A stretch of DNA of 36,080 nucleotides from assembly GCA_051439425.1 (NCBI GenBank), contig JBFRWD010000003.1, forward strand, positions 1 to 36,080, in the 5' to 3' direction. The position numbers and the translations under genes were made by a program. The notes under the pieces are model-generated. The model saw nothing but the letters and a program-made list of their open reading frames with translations. It did not search any database and had not been told where the DNA came from. Source of the stretch: Synechococcus sp. (GTDB lineage: Bacteria; Cyanobacteriota; Cyanobacteriia; Thermostichales; PCC-7336). Shown one piece after another: positions 30,117 through 36,080 of the stretch (its first letter is position 1; the number at the start of each line of letters is the position of its first letter).

Positions 30117-30354
30117 ATTTTAAGCAAGGTATATATATTCTTTTCAGCATAAGGGACGGCCCCGATCCCCCTGAGAAAGCCACTTGAGAAAGCAACAAAG
30201 TGTAACGAACGTACTGATTGTCATGGCTACACCACTGCGGACATTGCAGCGCTGTTCGGACCTAACGGCAATTGGCAACCTTTGTCCGAACTGAAATGGC
30301 AAACACTACTTTCTCCCGCCACAGCCATTCACCAGGTTAATAGTAAGCTCCGAC

Positions 30355-30393
30355 AAATAAAACAGGGCCCTAATCCCATGCTGGATAGAGCCC
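30355..30393 (-). terminator. Possible intrinsic terminator between cpeU and pebA
   Basis: Imperfect hairpin GGGCCCTAATCC-CATGCT-GGATAGAGCCC followed by TGTTTTATTT on the minus strand. Confidence 0.4.
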
Positions 30394-30689
30394 GAAGGTT
30401 CGATTTATACCGGCCATAGTAAACTGCGAGTGACCGGCGTTTTTTATGCCTCAGTATGTCTAACATGTCTCCAATCGCGCAGCCCTAGGTTTGGGACAGT
30501 TGTTCATATTTCGTTAACTACAGCGACCAAACCACGGACTGCCACATAGACAAGAGCGCGATTGGGGCACGATTCTGGGAAAGAAAGCTTTGGCGTGCTC
30601 CAAGGGACATCTGACTGGATGAGCCATAGCAAGAACATGCTTAACGTTGGAGATAGCTCTTGACGTTAAAGGTAGCTAAGGAAAGGTAG

Positions 30690-31286
30690 CTAAGGAAGCA
30701 TGGCAGGAATTCCAGCTTGACGATCGCTGACCAACTGCTGCAATTGCTCTGTAGAGACGCACCGGCGCTCGGAACAATAGGCCATTAAATTGACGCCATT
30801 CATCATGCGAACGGTACTGACTCGCACTCTAAAATCATCCGTCAAAAACCAAGCGCGTTCTTGCCCCTGATTGTTGTCGTAGTCGGTCGTGATCGTTAGA
30901 ACCCCATCGTCGGCAAACTGGTAGCGACCGATGACTGGCTTACCGTCTACGTAGCCTACATCTCTGAGAATGCGCCCCAACCGGCGATCGGTACTGCTGG
31001 GGACTGCCACCAATACGGCCGCGTTGTCTGGATCGAACTCGCGGGTGTCGAGGTTGACCTGCCAGGTAAACGATGCACCACCGCTTGCTTGCGAGGGATC
31101 GACTTTGTGCTGGTTGCAAATCTCGATGACGCGACTGTCCTCGGGAGCAACTGTGGTGACAGTAATGTTCGATTCCCCCGATTCGTCTTCCGTCGAGTCA
31201 AAGTGATGCACGCTTCTCTGGATGTACCAAGTGCCCTCGCTTTTCTTGAAGAAGTCCATCATGGTCATGGGCGGCTGCAAGTGCAT
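30690..31286 (-). CDS. cpeU: S/U-type phycobiliprotein lyase, CpeU-like
   Basis: PPMTMMDFF.KSEG.W..QRSVHHFD, LRDVGY and QERAWF..CSERRC motifs; next to pebA. Confidence 0.82.
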   Translation of the reverse strand: MHLQPPMTMMDFFKKSEGTWYIQRSVHHFDSTEDESGESNITVTTVAPEDSRVIEICNQHKVDPSQASGGASFTWQVNLDTREFDPDNAAVLVAVPSSTDRRLGRILRDVGYVDGKPVIGRYQFADDGVLTITTDYDNNQGQERAWFLTDDFRVRVSTVRMMNGVNLMAYCSERRCVSTEQLQQLVSDRQAGIPAMLP

Positions 31287-31481
31287 AGATGTACCTCTGG
31301 CAAAAGTTCTAAAACGCTGAATGGTTGATTAACGGTTGGATTCTATAGAAATTTGTCTAGGTGTAGCAGCGGGAATACATGCGCTGAACGGGTGGTATGG
31401 CGATACAGACCGATCTCGACACCGACAGGAACCCTTAGAATAACTGCTATTGATAATTTCTTTTATTCAACTGTATTTGGA

Positions 31482-32315
31482 ATGAGTTCTAGAACTGTTA
31501 GCGAGATTGTGGCGGCGATCGCCAACGGCGAAGCTTGCGATCGGCTTGATTTATCCGGTGCCGATCTCAGTTTTCAAGACTTGTATAACGCCAACTTGGT
31601 GGAGGCCACATTCGAGCGGGCCAACTTGGAAAGCGTAGGTTTGACCAATGCCAATCTTCAGCGGGCTCGATTTCAGGGATGCACCCTCAAGCAAGCGGAT
31701 TTGAGGGGTACGGATTTGCGAGGGGCAGATTTGTCAGGGGCAGATCTGAGCGCAGCTTACCTCAACCGCTCTGATGTGCGAGGGGCTAATTTCAGCAATG
31801 CGACGTTAGACGAAGCGACACTCAAACTTTGCTTGTACGACAGTGAGACTGTTTGGCCAGAAGGCTTCCGCTACAAGACCTCGGGAGCTATTGGGCCAGG
31901 AGCAGTCCTGAACGGGGCATATCTCAACACGGCGTACTTACGAGGGGCGGACCTAACGGGCGCTCGTTTATTGGGGGCTTACTTGAGCGGTACCGACTTG
32001 ACCGGAGCAAATTTAACGGATGCATCTCTCAGCGGTGCCAATCTCCAACGAGCGTTTTTGACCGGTGCTTGTTTGAAAAACGCACGCTTGTGCAACACCG
32101 AATTGCAAATGGTGGACTTTCGTGGTGCCGATCTGGAAGGCGCTGATTTTACTGACGTCACCAATGTGGCCGGAGCCGATTTCACATTGGCCACCGGTAT
32201 GAGCGATGAAACGCGGGCACGATTGTTGGGTCGCCAGTCAACTGAAATCACCACCTGGAATTCGTATACGCGATCGAACGTGAAGGACAGTTTATTGGCT
32301 GAAGCCGAAGCCTGA
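31482..32315 (+). CDS. Pentapeptide-repeat protein (two repeat blocks)
   Basis: A(D/N)LxG repeats split by a YDSETVWPEGF...GAIGPGA insert. Confidence 0.88.
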   Translation: MSSRTVSEIVAAIANGEACDRLDLSGADLSFQDLYNANLVEATFERANLESVGLTNANLQRARFQGCTLKQADLRGTDLRGADLSGADLSAAYLNRSDVRGANFSNATLDEATLKLCLYDSETVWPEGFRYKTSGAIGPGAVLNGAYLNTAYLRGADLTGARLLGAYLSGTDLTGANLTDASLSGANLQRAFLTGACLKNARLCNTELQMVDFRGADLEGADFTDVTNVAGADFTLATGMSDETRARLLGRQSTEITTWNSYTRSNVKDSLLAEAEA

Positions 32316-32393
32316 ACGGGGTGTCTGCTCGACAAATCTAGATATCAAATATAAGTATCTGGAGACGGATTCCCCTCTAAGCATGAATCCCAG

Positions 32394-33062
32394 CTACTTT
32401 AGCTTTTTCTCTAGGGTGGCTCCGACAACGCGATGATCGGAGTCCTTCGCTAGCATCTGTAGCGCAGCCTTCGCCTCCGGCTCATCAAAGTTAAACAAAG
32501 CAGTTGCCACGCGCAGGCGCACCCTCCATGAAGCATCGGTGACATATTGCAGCAATATCTGCAATGCGTCGGCCCGTATCGACGTCCCCGCTAAGGTCGC
32601 CAGACAAGTCGTGGACGTCTCTCGCACAGTTTCATCTTCCCCTTCAAGACCGCAGACACACACCTCAAACAGTTCTTGGGGACAGTCGGTCATTTCTGTC
32701 AGCGCGGCAAGGATACTGCGCCGGACTAGCCAGTGATCGTCTTGGAAGAAGGTGCTGACCAGATGGGAGCTGGAGACTTTGCCGAACAACGAAAGAGAAT
32801 TGGCTGCTTCGGCCCGCACGTTGGGATCGGGATCGAGTTTGGTCACCTGCAACAAAGCCGCAAACCCTTCGGTGGTCTGATGTCTGGCCAAGCCCATGCA
32901 GACAAATGTGCGGACCAGAAACTCCGGATCGTTGAGCTGTTTCATCAACAGCGGAATCACTACTTCGGTCTCGCCATCCCACAATTGCTTCACAGCTTTC
33001 AAGCGAACTTGCGAGTCGTCGCTACCTAGATTCGCCTCGATCGCAGAAATATCCATCACCAA
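32394..33062 (-). CDS. HEAT-repeat (PBS lyase-like, NblB-like) protein
   Basis: D.EFLVR, DPDPNVRAEAANSL, DDHWLVRRSILAAL and DSDHRVVGA.LE repeats. Confidence 0.8.
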   Translation of the reverse strand: MVMDISAIEANLGSDDSQVRLKAVKQLWDGETEVVIPLLMKQLNDPEFLVRTFVCMGLARHQTTEGFAALLQVTKLDPDPNVRAEAANSLSLFGKVSSSHLVSTFFQDDHWLVRRSILAALTEMTDCPQELFEVCVCGLEGEDETVRETSTTCLATLAGTSIRADALQILLQYVTDASWRVRLRVATALFNFDEPEAKAALQMLAKDSDHRVVGATLEKKLK

Positions 33063-33184
33063 GCTTGAACGAGAGTGTTTTTACCTTACTTTACATTCCG
33101 AGTAGCCTAGTACGAGATTTGAGATGATGTAACGTAAGCCCCGCATAATATCGATTGGGTTGTATATCAAACTAGGTTATATAA

Positions 33185-33406
33185 ATGTCTAACTCCGTGC
33201 AGGCCCTGCCTACCCCCGAAGAAATTCAGTCGATGATTGCGGAGCTAGAAGCCTACCGCACCCGTATCTTTGACGAAACCATTGCTGTGGCTAAAAAAGC
33301 TAAACTCCCCAAGAAGCTCGTGCTGGAGCAGCTAGAGAAAAACCCCGATGTAGTCAAAATCGATAGCGCTCTTGTTCAACTTAAAGCTCAGCTGGCGGCA
33401 CAGTAA
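33185..33406 (+). CDS. Small helical hypothetical protein (73 aa)
   Basis: ATG start, coiled-coil-like composition, no competing long ORF; divergent from the HEAT gene. Confidence 0.7.
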   Translation: MSNSVQALPTPEEIQSMIAELEAYRTRIFDETIAVAKKAKLPKKLVLEQLEKNPDVVKIDSALVQLKAQLAAQ

Positions 33407-33443
33407 TTGTCGGAATCAAAGTCAGAGTCTCCGCCCACGGTGT

Positions 33444-33518
33444 TATCCAGACTGTCTCTCTCTCCAGAGACTGCCTCTCTATCCAGACTGTCTCTCTATC
33501 TTGGCTGTCTCCATCCAG
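33444..33518. repeat. Degenerate 17-bp tandem repeat (TATCCAGACTGTCTCTC, ~4 copies)
   Basis: Exact copies at 33444 and 33480; degenerate copies at 33461 and 33497. Confidence 0.75.
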
Positions 33519-33654
33519 AAGTTAGCTGATTCCATTGGGACTTTTGGGGAGTTAGCGATCGCTCGCTTTCAGTACAGGAGATATTGCATCGCGAAATGCG
33601 GGTGACTGGTGCCTTAAATACCTGTTTTTTTGACATCTGCTACTGCTATCTATT

Positions 33655-34254
33655 ATGTCCAGCCCGTTAAATGACAGCTTGAAGCAACTGATTGCCAAAG
33701 CGCGGATTGTTAGCTTTGCAGATTGGAGTCCCGATTATTCGGCAGAGGCGATCGCTATTTTTCAGGGGGCGGACGACGATCGTCACTATCTCACTGATGA
33801 AGAGTTTTCTCGCCTCGCAGCTCTTGGAGCCACAGTTCCGCAAGATGGAATTGTGCTCGCCAGTTTTTTGAGAGATTCTGCCAACGAGATTGTGGCGGAG
33901 GCGAGAGCCAACGTATTGGCGGCATTTCCCGGCATTACTGAACCGGGCGGTGGTTTGTACCCGTCCCACAGAGCCGAGGCTTGCTGGCGAGATTTTTGGC
34001 AATTTTTGCGCTGCGTCACCTACGGTATTGCAGCACAACGCCCCTCATTCACCAGTGACGAAGGCTTGCATTACATGCAGTTGCTTTACCAAGAATTACA
34101 AGTCCCTTTGGACGCGATGGTAATGGGGATCGAACAGCTTAAAGCAGCTAGCCTCAACCGATGTCGAGACAGCGACCCGACGCAATTAGAGCCTTATTTC
34201 GATCGTCTCCGCGCCGCGTTAGATCGCTTTCGTCAGACCGACAGTGCGGCATAG
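33655..34254 (+). CDS. aplA: Allophycocyanin-like protein AplA
   Basis: N-terminal extension LIAKARIVSF..W; ADD..YL, PGGGLYP and RAEACWRDFW.FLRC.TYG motifs. Confidence 0.85.
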   Translation: MSSPLNDSLKQLIAKARIVSFADWSPDYSAEAIAIFQGADDDRHYLTDEEFSRLAALGATVPQDGIVLASFLRDSANEIVAEARANVLAAFPGITEPGGGLYPSHRAEACWRDFWQFLRCVTYGIAAQRPSFTSDEGLHYMQLLYQELQVPLDAMVMGIEQLKAASLNRCRDSDPTQLEPYFDRLRAALDRFRQTDSAA

Positions 34255-34333
34255 TGGTTCTGCGACAGAACAGGCCCTCTTGTCCTTTTCCCCTTCTTTT
34301 CAATTACCTGTTGATTCGCACGGATTGATATCA

Positions 34334-34807
34334 GTGACCGATACGTTTACAGCACGCATGTTGCTGTCCCACAATCACGACGTTGAGGATGACGTCTTAC
34401 CATCCCTGACTCGGTCTGAGTTTGCGGCTGTGTTCGGCGATCGCCTCTCCCAACACCCCGAACTAGCATGCCAAGCGATCGAACATGCCCATTGGGTCTG
34501 TGAAATTCGCTTTGACGAATCTCAGCTTGGCCCCTCACAGGTGGGGGAACTCTGTGCTCAAGCTTTGTTGGATGCCCGCCATCCGCAGTTGGGAGAGGGG
34601 CAGACCATGCCGGATGTGCTGATTCTAGGCGGGAAAAAAAGCACCCCTGTTGCTAACCCGGTTCCCAATGCTCTGCTGACAGGGGAATGGGGGGTAGATG
34701 TGGTGGAGACGCGATCGGCATCTGACTTTTTGGGGGCCATGAATTGGGATGCTGCCGTTTCTGCTCGCCCGGAAGGAACTGTCTTTAAAGTCGAAATCTC
34801 GGCGTAG
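34334..34807 (+). CDS. DUF2656-like protein
   Basis: RMLLSHN, HW.CEI, LILGG.K and L..GEWGVDVVET motifs. Start uncertain. Confidence 0.75.
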   Translation: MTDTFTARMLLSHNHDVEDDVLPSLTRSEFAAVFGDRLSQHPELACQAIEHAHWVCEIRFDESQLGPSQVGELCAQALLDARHPQLGEGQTMPDVLILGGKKSTPVANPVPNALLTGEWGVDVVETRSASDFLGAMNWDAAVSARPEGTVFKVEISA

Positions 34808-34929
34808 CGATGGGTCAATATCTTTCGGTACGTATCTTCCAATCCACGATCGGCAGTACTTCGCCAGGGTTAATAACTGCTTCGCAGAGCTCTGCTTGAC
34901 GTTGTTCTCTATGGATTCTCACGACGTTC

Positions 34930-35481
34930 ATGTCCCAGTTTCATCAATTTTTCGAGCATTGTGTTGGACGCTGGGTATCCGAGCGGACGTATCACTATTT
35001 GTCTCAGCAGGAGATCGAGCGATCGCACACCGAGTTCTACGTCGAGCCGGTGCCCATTACCGCTAAACAGAAAGTAATTGAGGATAACGGCTACGCCACT
35101 CCATCCAATTTGGACACTATGCCAAGCTTCCAGATTGGGTTCGAAACGGTATCGGAACACGGAGAGAAAGCAGCCCACAGCCTGAATGCTCTGTTCGTGA
35201 AGCAGTCCGAAAAACCTGATGGGATCGTTCTTGGGGATTACCTGCGCGATCGCGCCTACGAAGAAGCTCGCCCGATTGTGGCTCAGTTTCGCTTTAATCC
35301 CCAAACTCGCGAGCTGTTGATGACCACCACCTATACGCGTGTCGTAGCGGTTGACTCAATCACGCTGGTGACCCCCTCTCTCAGAATCAGAAAAATTGTG
35401 AACTACGTGCGTCCCAAGGATGGCGATCCCCTCACAGATGTGGTGCTGGTTGGGTTCGGCGTGGAACAAAAGCAACAATAA
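34930..35481 (+). CDS. cpcV: CpcS-family phycobiliprotein lyase, CpcV-like
   Basis: FF..CVG.W..ERTYHY, ERSHTEF, RDRAYEE, MTT.YTRVV.VD and LVGFGVE.K motifs. Confidence 0.72.
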   Translation: MSQFHQFFEHCVGRWVSERTYHYLSQQEIERSHTEFYVEPVPITAKQKVIEDNGYATPSNLDTMPSFQIGFETVSEHGEKAAHSLNALFVKQSEKPDGIVLGDYLRDRAYEEARPIVAQFRFNPQTRELLMTTTYTRVVAVDSITLVTPSLRIRKIVNYVRPKDGDPLTDVVLVGFGVEQKQQ

Positions 35482-35755
35482 ACACGCCATTTCGCCCCCA
35501 ATTGTCTCTGATGGATGCCATCGGTCCCGACCGACGCTCTTTACAAATCGATACGATACCCGCTTACTGGTTCGCGCCCAGCGCCTGAAATTTTTACAAT
35601 TCTTGACTGCTGCATCCCCAGGCCCATACGAGAATGGATGAGAAGAAAGGCCTATTGTTCGTATCCCTTAACACTCTGTAGCGCTGGCCGCTGATTCTGC
35701 AAAGTGTTATGTGGACGAGAGTGAGCCATTCTGTTCGCAGGCGATTGTCAATAAT

Positions 35756-35771
35756 GTGTTGATATCAACAC
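35756..35771. promoter_or_regulatory. Perfect 16-bp palindrome upstream of cpeC (candidate operator)
   Basis: GTGTTGATATCAACAC, 50 bp before the ATG. Confidence 0.4.
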
Positions 35772-35821
35772 GATTTAATAACTGACTCAAACAACTCCTG
35801 TTGTTACTTGGAGAATATTGA

Positions 35822-36080
35822 ATGGTTTTTGGACCAGCCTCACGACTGGGCGTGAGCTACTTTGAAGACACCGAGCCGCAGGAAGTGTGGCCCGGTACTC
35901 CTGATGCTGATAAAGAAGCAATTATTCGTGCGGTGTACCGCCAAGTCTTTGGTAACGCATACGTTATGGATAGCGAGCGCCTGACTGTGGCTGAGTCCCA
36001 GTTCAAGCTTGGCTATTACAGCGTGCGCGACTTCGTTCGTGCTGCAGGCAAGTCCGAATACTACCAGTCGCGCTTCTTCG
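35822..36080 (+). CDS. cpeC: Phycoerythrin-associated rod linker, 5' part (runs off the window; absent from the ORF track)
   Basis: Translated by hand: MVFGPASRLGVSYFEDTEP..IIRAVYRQVFGNAYVMDSERLTVAESQFK..SVRDFVR; GGAG RBS. Confidence 0.88.
   Translation, partial: MVFGPASRLGVSYFEDTEPQEVWPGTPDADKEAIIRAVYRQVFGNAYVMDSERLTVAESQFKLGYYSVRDFVRAAGKSEYYQSRFF

Larger units (their letters stand above)
813..35253. repeat. Dispersed HIP1 octamers (GCGATCGC)
   Basis: Many copies, e.g. 813, 869, 1656, 1919, 3043, 3387, 4101, 4449, 5607 and 12839. Confidence 0.95.

Noticed and set aside
30202..30214. NtcA site upstream of pebA
   Set aside because: Spacing is GTA-N7-TAC rather than GTA-N8-TAC.
30669..30697. 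Short tandem duplication AAGGTAGCTAAGGA at the cpeU stop
   Set aside because: Only two copies; most likely a neutral slippage event.
33444..33518. CRISPR array
   Set aside because: Units are 17 bp, degenerate and have no spacers; there are no cas genes in the window.
34930..35481. cpeS
   Set aside because: Lacks the QRSAHHLAF-type motif; the ERTYHY and LVGFGVE motifs fit CpcV better.
206..35641. Numerous short overlapping or antisense ORFs in the track (e.g. 659-1195, 12723-13223, 21945-22553, 26743-27204)
   Set aside because: They are shadows of well-supported genes and have no recognisable motifs.

Overview
Cyanobacterial chromosomal window, rich in the HIP1 octamer GCGATCGC, from a phycoerythrin-producing strain. 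The left part holds housekeeping genes: ACT-domain malic enzyme, a BchH-type Mg-chelatase H subunit and mgtE. Next comes a decayed 3.6-kb IS4-family composite transposon (7449-11071) bounded by a 9-bp target duplication, GTCAACTCC. It inserted into the last codons of an RmlD-like gene and carries an AT-rich glycosyltransferase-methyltransferase fusion split by an amber codon. The middle holds a REC-GGDEF-EAL regulator, modA-modBC, nth-rseP, an Rrf2 regulator, a PRC-barrel protein and tadA. The right 12 kb is a phycobilisome cluster: cpcB-A-E-F-T without rod linkers and bracketed by two ~95-bp MITE-like repeats, then pebAB, cpeU, pentapeptide and HEAT proteins, aplA, DUF2656, a cpcV-like lyase and the start of cpeC. 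No rRNA, tRNA or CRISPR array was seen. All family assignments come from motif recognition, not database searches.
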